64,000 bases of DNA. Source: an uncultured Pseudomonadales bacterium (lineage in GTDB: Bacteria; Patescibacteriota; Microgenomatia; UBA1400; UBA12028). Location: assembly GCA_964509365.1 (NCBI GenBank), contig CAZDWN010000003.1, positions 218,917 to 282,916 of the forward strand. The letters are read 5' to 3'. The notes below the pieces were generated by a model. It was given only the letters and a program-made list of their open reading frames with translations. It did no database searches and was not told the DNA's origin. The position numbers and the translations under genes are program-made. Each line of letters begins with the position of its first letter. Position 1 is the stretch's first letter. Positions 51,854 through 60,619 of the stretch are shown in pieces.

Positions 51854-51924
51854 CAATCGCTTTTGCAGTGCTCGGCTCGCTCGGGAGTACCCGGGGCATA
51901 CCTGCGCGCTGAAAAGCTAGATTG
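51854..51924. repeat. 71-bp GC-rich quasi-palindromic intergenic element, copy 2 (ruvA-ruvB spacer)
   Basis: caatcgcttttgcAgtgctcggctcgctcgggagtacccggggcatacctgcgcgcTgaaaagctAgattg. Same orientation as copy 1. It ends 11 nt before the ruvB ATG; the intervening ggtgag looks like the ruvB SD. Confidence 0.7.
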
Positions 51925-51935
51925 CTGCTCGACCG

Positions 51936-52937
51936 GTGAGTATGAAAAATAAGACTGAAATATTGCCTGAAGAAGAACAACTGTTTACCAGTTTGCGCGC
52001 ATCCGTCTGGGATGAGTTTATTGGTCAAGAGAGTGTCAAAGATGCACTTTCGATTGCCATCCAAGCAGCTAAGGAGCGATCTGAAGCGATGGATCACGTC
52101 TTGCTCTATGGCCCTCCAGGGTTGGGAAAAACGACATTGGCGCATCTGATCGCAAAAGAGATGGACAGTAACATCCGATTCACGAGTGCGACCGCGATCA
52201 CCAAAGTCGGTGATCTCGCAGCGATCCTCACCAACCTTGCCCCAAATGATGTGCTGTTCATCGATGAAATTCATCGTCTCAACAAGAGTGTCGAAGAAGC
52301 ACTCTATCCATCAATGGAAGATTTTGTCTTTGATGTCGTGATCGGTAAAGGACCATCGGCTCGGACATTGCGTCTGGATCTCCCTCGATTTACGCTCGTC
52401 GGCGCGACGACTCGATTTGGGATGCTCTCAGGTCCATTTCGAGACCGATTTGGACTGGTGCACCGAGTAAACTATTACGAGATCCCGCGGTTGACTGACA
52501 TCGTCCTCAATGCTTCAAAAAAACTCAATGTAGAACTCACGAAAGAAGCTGCCACTGAGATCGCCAGACGAGCGAGAGGCACACCACGTATAGCTCTCAA
52601 GCTCCTAAAACGTGTCCGCGATTTTGCTCAAATCAAGCTTTCAGGAAAAGTTGATGGCAGCAGTGTCGATGAAGCTCTCGACATCATGGCAGTCGATCAT
52701 ATGGGTCTTGATGACTCTGATCGCCGATTTCTTACTCTCATCATCGAGAAGCATGACGGTGGACCACTTGGGATCGAAACGATCGCGGCGACGCTCTCAG
52801 AAGACGTCGGGACGATCGAGGAAGTGTACGAACCATATCTGATGCAGATAGGATTTATCCAGCGTACCCCACGAGGTCGTATTATCTCCAAAAAAGCCTA
52901 CGAGCATCTTGGAAAAGAATGGACCGAGAAACTATAA
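51936..52937 (+). CDS. ruvB: Holliday junction DNA helicase RuvB
   Basis: [21 protein letters not shown] (Walker A), [10 protein letters not shown] (Walker B), sensor regions and a winged-helix C-terminus. Confidence 0.9.
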   Translation: MSMKNKTEILPEEEQLFTSLRASVWDEFIGQESVKDALSIAIQAAKERSEAMDHVLLYGPPGLGKTTLAHLIAKEMDSNIRFTSATAITKVGDLAAILTNLAPNDVLFIDEIHRLNKSVEEALYPSMEDFVFDVVIGKGPSARTLRLDLPRFTLVGATTRFGMLSGPFRDRFGLVHRVNYYEIPRLTDIVLNASKKLNVELTKEAATEIARRARGTPRIALKLLKRVRDFAQIKLSGKVDGSSVDEALDIMAVDHMGLDDSDRRFLTLIIEKHDGGPLGIETIAATLSEDVGTIEEVYEPYLMQIGFIQRTPRGRIISKKAYEHLGKEWTEKL

Positions 52938-52938
52938 A

Positions 52939-53220
52939 TTACTGTCGATAAGAATACGCAATCTTAAAATGCTTTGATTCTCTCTGAAGTGTTTCGATGG
53001 CACTCTTGTTTTCCACTTCAAGAAGTCCAATATTCCGATCTATAGCCGACTTTTCGGGTGGAACTGTTATTTCGTTTTGTGGGTCTCTTTGAATGATTAA
53101 ATATGACGCCGCTATATTCGCTAATTTTATGTATGTTGGAAAAGCTGCCTGTTGGTCCAATCCTACCAATTCAATCCAAGTACTTGCGAGCTGATACGAG
53201 TGTGGGGTTGTTGTTTCCAT
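52939..53220 (-). CDS. possible small hypothetical protein (93 aa)
   Basis: The only sizeable ORF in the 370-bp gap between ruvB and the minus-strand operon. It has no recognisable motif or SD and may be non-coding. Confidence 0.2.
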   Translation of the reverse strand: METTTPHSYQLASTWIELVGLDQQAAFPTYIKLANIAASYLIIQRDPQNEITVPPEKSAIDRNIGLLEVENKSAIETLQRESKHFKIAYSYRQ

Positions 53221-53309
53221 ATAGGTCTACCATAGTCCTTGACTCATATAATTCAATTCTTGCATTATCATTCAATGCGATTTATTGTGAAACTTCCCCC
53301 TCAAAAAAT

Positions 53310-54443
53310 TTATGCCACCCAGTATCCCTGTAAAAAAAGAATCGAGTTGAGCACTAGGATTGCAGCGGACAGTGCATACCAAATAATACTCAGTCGAGGA
53401 TGACGGGAAGCCATCATAGCAATAAGCAGATAGATGGAGAGGCAAGGGAGCAGGAATCTTCCCATGCTCAAGAATGAACCAGATATTGTTGGAATCAATG
53501 CATTCGCTAGCGAGAAGAAAATAATTCCAGGTGAAACTTTTTTCCAAGGCCAGACGATCGCAAGGATACCAATTGTGCCAGCAATAAATTCTTCAAGATA
53601 GGTCACGTACTTCAAATCTTTAGTCGTCGTCAACAAAATCTTCAAACTGCGATAGGCTACTTGCGGATACAGCGTGATCCCATTTGATCGTCCTGCCCCA
53701 AATGCCGCCTGCACATGGAGAAAATAGAGAGGATCTCCAAAATGCACGTATAAATATCCCATGTAGAGCAGTAAACCGAGAGACCCAAACGAGATCGCGA
53801 GATAGTCTTTCCAGTCTCGATTGCCACTGCGCCATAACTCGATCCAGAGTGCCGGCACCATCATGACGCCTACAATTCTCGTGGCACTCAAAAGTATGGT
53901 CACGAGGCCCGCTGCCAACCAATTTTTCTTGTGTGCCATCCAAAAGCACACCATCGAAAGCAGCAGAAACAGTGACTCAGTGTACAGCGAGGCCAAAAAA
54001 ATTGACCATGGGAAAAGTAGAACTGCGAGGATAAATCTCCACGCGATTCGAAGCGAATACTTTTGCTTCACATACTCAAAACCAACAAGTAGAAATAAGA
54101 GGAAGGCAAGATTCGCGATCAGGAGTCCGGTCAGGAGTATGTTGAGTGATGGAATCAATGTATGAAGTCCGTGCAACAGTACATATGGGAACATCGGGAA
54201 GAACGCTTGAATGAAGTTTGTGCGAAGGTACCCTTCATTGGCGATGGTCAAATAGTGGACTCCGTCAAAGTTTGCAAAACTGTAGATCCAGCGTGGAAGT
54301 CCAAAACTGGGAAGCAGAGTTGTCGCATACGGAAATGACGGGGCATACTTCAAAATAGCGTCGGAGAGGATTGAGAGCCCAAATAGTGAGGCTCTCCAGA
54401 GCAAAAAGAGGCAGCTGATTGTCCCAATTTGTTTTCGTGTCAT
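53310..54443 (-). CDS. GT-C mannosyltransferase-like membrane protein (PIG-V / Mannosyl_trans2-like)
   Basis: [31 protein letters not shown] matches the WDx.HY..IA..GY ... AFFP(L) motif of PIG-V-type mannosyltransferases. 377 aa, polytopic. Confidence 0.5.
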   Translation of the reverse strand: MTRKQIGTISCLFLLWRASLFGLSILSDAILKYAPSFPYATTLLPSFGLPRWIYSFANFDGVHYLTIANEGYLRTNFIQAFFPMFPYVLLHGLHTLIPSLNILLTGLLIANLAFLLFLLVGFEYVKQKYSLRIAWRFILAVLLFPWSIFLASLYTESLFLLLSMVCFWMAHKKNWLAAGLVTILLSATRIVGVMMVPALWIELWRSGNRDWKDYLAISFGSLGLLLYMGYLYVHFGDPLYFLHVQAAFGAGRSNGITLYPQVAYRSLKILLTTTKDLKYVTYLEEFIAGTIGILAIVWPWKKVSPGIIFFSLANALIPTISGSFLSMGRFLLPCLSIYLLIAMMASRHPRLSIIWYALSAAILVLNSILFLQGYWVA

Positions 54444-54463
54444 TGTTGTACAATCATACTACT

Positions 54464-55069
54464 ATGGATTCAAATACCGGAAGACGCACACTCGATCAGA
54501 AGGTCCTCAATCGTCTCTCAACGATTTGGCTTGAACTCGTCACAGGGTGGCTGTGGTGGGGAGTGGGCAGAGTGCCATTCCATCATATCCGAAGGTTCTT
54601 TTATCGACTCTTCGGGATGAGGATTGGATCTGGAAGTACCATCCATATGATGGCTCGCGTCTATGATCCTCGATATATTACGATCGGCAAGGATACGATC
54701 ATCGGTGAGCGTGTCTCACTCGACGGACGACGTCAGATGATGGGTTCGAAAGGAGCGATCACGATCGGTGATCATGTCGATATCGCTTCGGAAGTGATGA
54801 TCTGGACAGCAGAACATGACCTAAAAAGTGAGCGATGGCTCGCTCGCGAAGAACCAGTCACGATAGAAGATTATGTCTTTATCGGTCCTCGCGCAATTAT
54901 TTTGCCAGGTGTCACGATCGGCAGGGGTGCTATCGTCGCAGCTGGAGCTGTGGTCACAAAAAATGTCGAGGCGCTCGATATCGTCGGTGGTGTACCGGCC
55001 AAGCTAATCGCGAAACGTCCCATCACGCAACTGGACTACAGGCTCGGTCGCGCTCGATGGTTTCAATGA
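54464..55069 (+). CDS. hexapeptide-repeat (LbH) sugar O-acetyltransferase (WbbJ/MAT-like)
   Basis: [13 protein letters not shown] ... [15 protein letters not shown] ... [30 protein letters not shown] left-handed beta-helix hexapeptide repeats. ATG at 54464 (the ORF-track start at 54419 is TTG and abuts the divergent gene). Confidence 0.7.
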   Translation: MDSNTGRRTLDQKVLNRLSTIWLELVTGWLWWGVGRVPFHHIRRFFYRLFGMRIGSGSTIHMMARVYDPRYITIGKDTIIGERVSLDGRRQMMGSKGAITIGDHVDIASEVMIWTAEHDLKSERWLAREEPVTIEDYVFIGPRAIILPGVTIGRGAIVAAGAVVTKNVEALDIVGGVPAKLIAKRPITQLDYRLGRARWFQ

Positions 55070-55093
55070 CATGTATTGCACTTCCTGTAATTT

Positions 55094-56035
55094 TTGGTAA
55101 ATTTCTCCTATATGGACAATTTACATTGGGCAGATAAATTCGGGCCTTTCACTGCTGAGAAAAACTCACTGACATTCCCAGGCGGAAAGACAAAATCTCA
55201 AGATGGCGCAGAGACTGCTAATGTTGGAATTACATTTTGCGACAAGTATTTTGGAAATGGCAAAATATCTGCAGAAGTGACATTCGCAGACATTGATCCC
55301 GTTCTCTCTTCGATCGCCGAAATAGTTGTATATCAAGATCTTAAATCCGGTGACATTGTGACAATTGGTCTGGGTGGAAACAACTACTCTTATTCAGCGA
55401 GGCACTACCAGAATGGTCAGTGGAAAGATTTGGGCTCAAGTGGCATTAGGGATAATTTGGTAAAGGGTCAAAAGTACGCATTGAGCGTTGAAGTCTTGGG
55501 ATCTCAATTCAAATTATCAGTAAATGGGGTGAACGTAATCGAAGGGGTTCTCCCATTTCCGATAGACAAATCACAACCAGGTGTTTTTGTCGTATCTCCT
55601 TCGAAGGTGAAAATATCCGATTACACAGTAGCCACTCAGAAACCGCTTTGTTTTGTGCTCATGCAGTATTCATCGCCTTACAACGAACTGTATACAAAAA
55701 TAATTAAACCCGTTTGTTCGGGAGAATTCGAATTAAACGTCGTAAGAGCAGACGAAATATACGGTCCGGGACAAATTGTCGAAGATATATTAAAAAGTAT
55801 TAAGGAAGCAAAGATTGTGATTGCGGAAGTCAGCCCAAATAATGCAAATGTTTACTACGAACTTGGTTATGCAAATGCACTCAATAAAAATGTAATCCTC
55901 ATAGCGGATAAAAACACTGAATTACCTTTTGATATTCGGAATACTAGAACGCTTTTTTACGAAAACACTATAGATGGAACTGACCGTGTCAAAGATGGCC
56001 TTATCAGCCATCTTAAAGCATTAGCAACAAGATAA
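55094..56035 (+). CDS. two-domain protein: N-terminal lectin/LamG-like beta-sandwich (DUF1080-like) fused to C-terminal TIR-like nucleotide-binding domain
   Basis: C-terminus LCFVLMQYSSPYNELYTKIIK ... AKIVIAEVSPNNANVYYELGYANALNKNVILIADKNTELPFDIRNTRTLFYE fits the flavodoxin-like TIR-like/NDT-type pattern (vFIsHg ... [RN]NVxFELGY.xxLGK..vi.l ... PsDl). The N-terminal 180 aa (GNGKISAEVTF ... KYALSVEVLGSQFKLSVNGVNV) is a jelly-roll-like repeat pattern. AT-rich relative to its neighbours. The start may be the TTG at 55094 or the ATG at 55112. Confidence 0.5.
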   Translation: MVNFSYMDNLHWADKFGPFTAEKNSLTFPGGKTKSQDGAETANVGITFCDKYFGNGKISAEVTFADIDPVLSSIAEIVVYQDLKSGDIVTIGLGGNNYSYSARHYQNGQWKDLGSSGIRDNLVKGQKYALSVEVLGSQFKLSVNGVNVIEGVLPFPIDKSQPGVFVVSPSKVKISDYTVATQKPLCFVLMQYSSPYNELYTKIIKPVCSGEFELNVVRADEIYGPGQIVEDILKSIKEAKIVIAEVSPNNANVYYELGYANALNKNVILIADKNTELPFDIRNTRTLFYENTIDGTDRVKDGLISHLKALATR

Positions 56036-56042
56036 TTTGCAC

Positions 56043-56072
56043 TTGCAATGAAAAAAATGATCGAGATATAAT
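56043..56072 (+). promoter_or_regulatory. sigma70-like promoter TTGCAA-N18-TATAAT upstream of the ABC exporter operon
   Basis: ttgcaa (56043-48), an 18-nt spacer, tataat (56067-72). It sits 8 bp after the stop of 55094-56035 and about 165 bp upstream of the ABC ATPase start. Confidence 0.3.
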
Positions 56073-56150
56073 ACTTCTTACGGTTTTCCCGAAAGATTCT
56101 TTTGGACATAGAACCCCTATTCGCACAGAAAGTGAATTGGAGTCTTTTTT

Positions 56151-56192
56151 ATGCACAAAAAAAGACCGTCCTTTGACCGGAGTTTATCCTGA
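56151..56192 (+). CDS. candidate 13-codon leader peptide (MHKKRPSFDRSLS) in the ABC exporter 5' leader
   Basis: ATG at 56151 preceded by ggag (56139-42) with an 8-nt spacer. The TGA stop at 56190-92 overlaps the 5' arm of the downstream hairpin. Confidence 0.25.
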   Translation: MHKKRPSFDRSLS

Positions 56193-56222
56193 GTGAAGCC
56201 GAAGGACTCACAAGTGTTTTTT
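56191..56222 (+). terminator. hairpin plus U-run: putative attenuator/terminator in the ABC exporter leader
   Basis: gagtgaagccgaaggactcac forms an imperfect stem (GAGT/ACTC plus inner CC/GG) followed by gtgttttttcg. An alternative pairing of gtcctt (56168-73) with aaggac (56202-07) would compete with it. Confidence 0.25.
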
Positions 56223-56238
56223 CGTGTCCTTTCAAATT

Positions 56239-57192
56239 ATGAAAACAGTACCTGCACTTAGCGTCAACAATCTCACAAAGACTTTTCAAAAAAAGCCGTT
56301 GCTGCCATGGAAAAAACCAGAGCCAGCATTTACGGCCATAGATCATGTGTCATTTGATCTCAAGCAAGGGGAGATCCTTGGACTGCTGGGTCCAAATGGA
56401 GCTGGCAAGACGACGACGATCCAGATGCTCCTGTCTGCACTCACTCCTTCCAGCGGATCAATCAAGTATTTTGGAAAAGAACTCTCAGAGCATCATAGCG
56501 ATGTGCTCAAGGATGTCTCATTTGCGAGTACCTATATCAATCTGCCCTATCGATTGACTGTTTGGGAAAATCTAGATGTCTATGGTAGATTGTACGAACT
56601 CTCTGCGAGTGATCGCAAAAAACGGATTGAAAGATTCCTGAAATTTTTTGGAATTTGGGAGATCAGAGATAAGGAGCGAAGTAGTCTCTCTGCGGGTCAA
56701 TCAACTCGATTGATGCTCTCCAAAGCATTTTTAGCATATCCAAAAGTAGTATTGCTGGATGAGCCGACCGCATCATTGGATCCTGATATCGCTCATGAAG
56801 TCCGCGCTTTTGTGCAAGAGCAACGCAAAGAATATAACGTATCCGTCCTTTTCACTTCTCATAATATGGACGAAGTGACCGCAGTTTGCGATCGCGTCTT
56901 GTTTTTGAAAAAAGGCACTATCATTGCTGATGACACACCAGAGCAGTTGGCGAGAAGTATCTCCAGGACGACACTTCATTTGCTGTTGACGAAAGGTACG
57001 TCGCAAGTGAAGTCATTGGCGCAATCTCAAAACCTCCCGGTATCACTTGATGAAAAGTGGATTACTATCGAGATCGAGGAACATGAAATCTCACAATTTC
57101 TTTCCTCACTTGCAAGTCAAAAAGTGGAGTATTCGCAAATCCGTATCGATGAACCAAACTTAGAAGATTATTTTTTGAAAATGAGTAAATAG
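56239..57192 (+). CDS. ABC transporter ATP-binding protein (ABC-2 exporter subfamily)
   Basis: Walker A GPNGAGKTTT, signature LSAGQSTRLMLSKAF, Walker B VLLDEPTASLD and H-loop FTSHNM. ATG at 56239 (the ORF-track start at 56224 is GTG). Confidence 0.8.
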   Translation: MKTVPALSVNNLTKTFQKKPLLPWKKPEPAFTAIDHVSFDLKQGEILGLLGPNGAGKTTTIQMLLSALTPSSGSIKYFGKELSEHHSDVLKDVSFASTYINLPYRLTVWENLDVYGRLYELSASDRKKRIERFLKFFGIWEIRDKERSSLSAGQSTRLMLSKAFLAYPKVVLLDEPTASLDPDIAHEVRAFVQEQRKEYNVSVLFTSHNMDEVTAVCDRVLFLKKGTIIADDTPEQLARSISRTTLHLLLTKGTSQVKSLAQSQNLPVSLDEKWITIEIEEHEISQFLSSLASQKVEYSQIRIDEPNLEDYFLKMSK

Positions 57193-57209
57193 CGATTATC
57201 AATAACAGT

Positions 57210-57995
57210 ATGAAATGGCATCGAATTACTGCAATCATTGTCCGTCATCTGTATGCGTATCAGCGAAATCTGGATCGCATGACAGATAGCTTTTACTGGC
57301 CGCTGATGGATATTCTCATCTGGGGACTCACGAGTAGTTGGATCCAAAAAAGCCAAGTCGGTGTCCCTCACGTGGTGGCGACTTTACTCACTGCCCTCGT
57401 ATTTTGGCAAGTAATCTGGCGCGGAAACTATGAGATCTCAGTCAACCTCCTCGAGGAATTTTGGAATCAAAATCTCGTCAACTTGTTTTCGACGCCGCTG
57501 ACACTCGGAGAGTGGATCGTCGCCGTGATCATTCTCTCCATTATGAAGATGTTTGTGACGATCACCGTCTGCGTCATCGCGGTCTATTTCTTGTACTCTA
57601 CCAATATCTTTACGATCGGTTGGTACCTGATCCCATTTGTCGTGTGTCTCCTCATGTCCGGATGGATCATGGGGTTTTTGGGATCATCGATCATCATTTA
57701 CTGGGGACAAAAAGTCCAAACAATCGCGTGGACGATGGGATTTTTGTTTGCGCCGTTCTCAGCAGTGTACTATCCACTTTCACAACTCCCAGCTTGGGTA
57801 CAAAAGATATCGTTGTGGCTTCCCACAACCTACGTGTTTGAAGGAATGCGATCTGTCATCGCGACCGGAACTCTTGACATGACGTTTGTGTACAAGAGTC
57901 TCGTCCTCAATGTCGTGTACCTGTTTGGCGCCATCATGCTCTTCCGGTATATGTTTGAAAAAAGCCGATCAAAAGGATTGGCGAGACTAGAATAA
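57210..57995 (+). CDS. ABC-2 family exporter permease
   Basis: 261 aa with six TM segments, directly downstream of the ATPase. Confidence 0.65.
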   Translation: MKWHRITAIIVRHLYAYQRNLDRMTDSFYWPLMDILIWGLTSSWIQKSQVGVPHVVATLLTALVFWQVIWRGNYEISVNLLEEFWNQNLVNLFSTPLTLGEWIVAVIILSIMKMFVTITVCVIAVYFLYSTNIFTIGWYLIPFVVCLLMSGWIMGFLGSSIIIYWGQKVQTIAWTMGFLFAPFSAVYYPLSQLPAWVQKISLWLPTTYVFEGMRSVIATGTLDMTFVYKSLVLNVVYLFGAIMLFRYMFEKSRSKGLARLE

Positions 57996-58017
57996 CAAGT
58001 GATACACTTGATGCTAC

Positions 58018-58929
58018 ATGGCAGAGATCTCCATCATCATTGTTTCGTACAATACCAAAAAGCTCACGGCTCAGGCTATCACCAGTGTCTTGGGGGCAGG
58101 TGAGATCATCGTGGTCGACAACGATTCCCGAGATGGCAGTCCTGAATATCTTGACAATATCTTCGGCAAAAAAAATCGCATTCTCAAACGACGTGACAAC
58201 GGTGGTTTCGCCAAAGCCAATAATGAAGGCATCAAAGTAGCCACGGGAACATATATTGTCCTTCTCAACTCGGATACCATCGTCCATGGCGATGCACTGA
58301 AGCATATGAGGGATGCGATGGATGCAGATCCAAAACTTGGGTTACTCTCATGTAGACTCCTCAATGAAGATGGCTCATATCAGCCGCAAGGAGGTGCACT
58401 CCCCACCCTACTCAATATCGCCGCATGGTGGTTGTGGCCACTACCAGGAAATATACCGGGAATTGAGGCATATCAAGCCAGACAAGAAGTCCTTCGATTT
58501 TCTGGCGAAGCCAGACGCACTCAGGACGACCTCGTCCGCGAGGTCGGTTGGATCGGGGGCACAGCGATGATGATCCGTCGAGAACTCATCGAAAAAATCG
58601 GCATGCTCGACGAAAAGATTTTTATGTATGCCGAAGATACTGACTACTGCATTCGGGCCCAAAAAGCGGGATACACGATCGGAATTGAGCCGACAGGTGA
58701 GATCACTCATTTAGGGAGTAAAAGTGCAGGCAGCCACAATGCCTTGGCGGGTGAGGTCAAAGGTCTCATCTACCTCTGGGGGAAACACTTTCCTGGTTGG
58801 CAGAGACCGCTGATTCGACTGATATTTCTCAAAGGCGCCGTGTTACGGTATATCCTTTTTGGTATACTAGGGAGAGACGAGCGTGCACGGACACTGTACG
58901 CCCGAATTACGAAAGCATCCTTGGCATGA
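58018..58929 (+). CDS. family 2 glycosyltransferase
   Basis: ISIIIVSYNTKKLTAQAITSV ... IIVVDNDSRDGS ... LLNSDTIV ... MYAEDTDYC. Confidence 0.75.
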   Translation: MAEISIIIVSYNTKKLTAQAITSVLGAGEIIVVDNDSRDGSPEYLDNIFGKKNRILKRRDNGGFAKANNEGIKVATGTYIVLLNSDTIVHGDALKHMRDAMDADPKLGLLSCRLLNEDGSYQPQGGALPTLLNIAAWWLWPLPGNIPGIEAYQARQEVLRFSGEARRTQDDLVREVGWIGGTAMMIRRELIEKIGMLDEKIFMYAEDTDYCIRAQKAGYTIGIEPTGEITHLGSKSAGSHNALAGEVKGLIYLWGKHFPGWQRPLIRLIFLKGAVLRYILFGILGRDERARTLYARITKASLA

Positions 58930-60554
58930 AAAATCCGATCCGATCATTTGCGACTTGGTTTTATGACAACTGGTTTCTCCTCTTGTGTCTCTCGTTGATG
59001 CTGTTTATTGCGTTTTATCCAAAGATCCCGCTCGCTGAGATCATCCCTGGATACATCGTCCGCGTCCGTCTCGAAGATTTCTTTTTGACAGCTGTGCTCG
59101 GTGTCTTCGGTGTGCTGTGGCTGCGTGGCAAAGTGACGATCAAGACTCCAATCACTTGGCTCTTGGTCGGTTACGTCATCGTCAACATTCTCTCGATGCT
59201 TTCTGCGATGTTCTTTATCAAAACTGTCCCTTTGGTACCGCTCCACGTGGGGAAAATGTTTTTACATTTTGCCAGACGACTTGAGTATTTTTCGCTCTTC
59301 TTTTTGTTCTATAACGCAGTCAAGTCATTTCGCCACGTTCGAATGATACTGATCGCAGTGATGATCATGATCTTAGGAGTGTCAGCGTATGGATACGGCC
59401 AGAAGTATTTGTACTGGCCAGTCTACTCCACGATGAATCGAGAGTTCTCCAAAGGAGTCCGTCTGGTCTTGACTGATCATGCTCGTGTCCCTTCGACATT
59501 CGGTGGTCACTACGATATGTCTGCTTGGTTGATGTTTCTGCTCATCATGACGTTGTCGATCCTCTTTTTGTCAAAAAGTATTAAAGAAAAAGTGGCGCTT
59601 ACGATCGTCTTTGTCATTGGGTTTTGGCTCCTGATTCTCGGATCATCGCGATCAGGATTCTTGGCGTACCTCGTCGGTGCAGGTATCCTCATCTTGCTTA
59701 TCGGTCTTTATAAAAAATCAGTGTGGTGGACCATCTCACGCGGGTTTGTGGTCTTTTTGTTTAGCCTCGGAGTAATGGTCACGCTTGGTGATTTGTCTTC
59801 GCGGTTCTCGCAACTCGGATTTGTCAAACAAGCAAATACGTATCTCGCTGCACTGCAAAAACCGATTGCGAAACAACCAGAAAACTCAGTCAAAGTCGAA
59901 CCGGTGACTGAAACGGATCAACTGCCCACACCAGTCAAGCCGACGAGTGGGACGCCAATCCCGATCGCCCGCGATTTGCCTCCTGATGTGTATAAAGATA
60001 TTCCTGACCTGAAAAATGTAACCTCGACTGAGGATGGCAAGACAGTGACTCGAGTCGTCGAAGTCCCTCGCGAATTTTCGGACTGTACCTACACCTATGG
60101 ATTATCAGCTTGTATACGATTTGAGACGCTGTGGCCACGGGCGATCAATGGATTCATTCGCAATCCGTTTGTGGGATCGGGTCCTTCGACGCTCACCAAG
60201 CAAGTACGAGATCAATTTACTGAAGCAGAGAGCACCGACAATGATTTCTTGCGCACGCTCGGGGAAGTAGGGATATTTGGAGCGATCGCTTTTTATGGTC
60301 CAATATTCCTCTTTTTCAAACGAGCGGTCGACGTGCTGTCAGATAATCCTCGCGCGCTCACGGCTGCAGTCCTGTTTGGACTCGTCGCGGGATCAGTAGG
60401 CATGTTCTTTAATGCGCTCTACATCGACGTATTCGCAGCCTCAAAAGTAGCGTTCATGTATTGGGCGATGATGGGAATGGGATACGCAGTGCTCGAACTG
60501 TCGGCCCGAAAGCTCACGGAGAGCCAACCGATGAAAGCGAAGAAAACGAAGTAG
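58926..60554 (+). CDS. O-antigen ligase/polymerase-like membrane protein (Wzy_C-type)
   Basis: 543 aa from the ATG at 58926 (ATGA overlap; the ORF-track 58797 start overlaps the GT2 and is rejected). Polytopic, with ILGSSRSGFLAYLVG and a late NDFLRTLGEVGIFGAIAF segment resembling the O-antigen ligase family H/N-x-Y-L-E-x-G motif region. Confidence 0.5.
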   Translation: MKNPIRSFATWFYDNWFLLLCLSLMLFIAFYPKIPLAEIIPGYIVRVRLEDFFLTAVLGVFGVLWLRGKVTIKTPITWLLVGYVIVNILSMLSAMFFIKTVPLVPLHVGKMFLHFARRLEYFSLFFLFYNAVKSFRHVRMILIAVMIMILGVSAYGYGQKYLYWPVYSTMNREFSKGVRLVLTDHARVPSTFGGHYDMSAWLMFLLIMTLSILFLSKSIKEKVALTIVFVIGFWLLILGSSRSGFLAYLVGAGILILLIGLYKKSVWWTISRGFVVFLFSLGVMVTLGDLSSRFSQLGFVKQANTYLAALQKPIAKQPENSVKVEPVTETDQLPTPVKPTSGTPIPIARDLPPDVYKDIPDLKNVTSTEDGKTVTRVVEVPREFSDCTYTYGLSACIRFETLWPRAINGFIRNPFVGSGPSTLTKQVRDQFTEAESTDNDFLRTLGEVGIFGAIAFYGPIFLFFKRAVDVLSDNPRALTAAVLFGLVAGSVGMFFNALYIDVFAASKVAFMYWAMMGMGYAVLELSARKLTESQPMKAKKTK

Positions 60555-60617
60555 ACCAGTTGGACCAGGAGATCAGTCGATCAGTTTTCTTTTCTGGTCT
60601 ACTGATCCACTGATCTC
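60551..60617. repeat. nested inverted repeats (GATCAG-type) in the spacer before the GT-C gene
   Basis: ggagatcagtcgatcag (60567-83) pairs with ctgatccactgatctcc (60601-17), 16/17 complementary. tagaccag (60551-58) pairs with ctggtcta (60593-600). A related agatcagtagatcag ... ctgatca motif spans the stop of the next gene (62084-62112). Confidence 0.35.
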
Positions 60618-60619
60618 CT

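Noticed and set aside
45076-51924. Possibility that the two 71-bp repeats are CRISPR repeats or IS terminal inverted repeats
   Set aside because: There are only two copies 6.8 kb apart, in direct orientation, with no spacer array and no transposase, integrase or cas gene. Each copy is internally palindromic rather than the pair being an inverted pair.
58797-58929. 5' extension of the ligase-like ORF overlapping the GT2 gene
   Set aside because: Same situation: the ATG at 58926 is in ATGA coupling with the GT2 stop.
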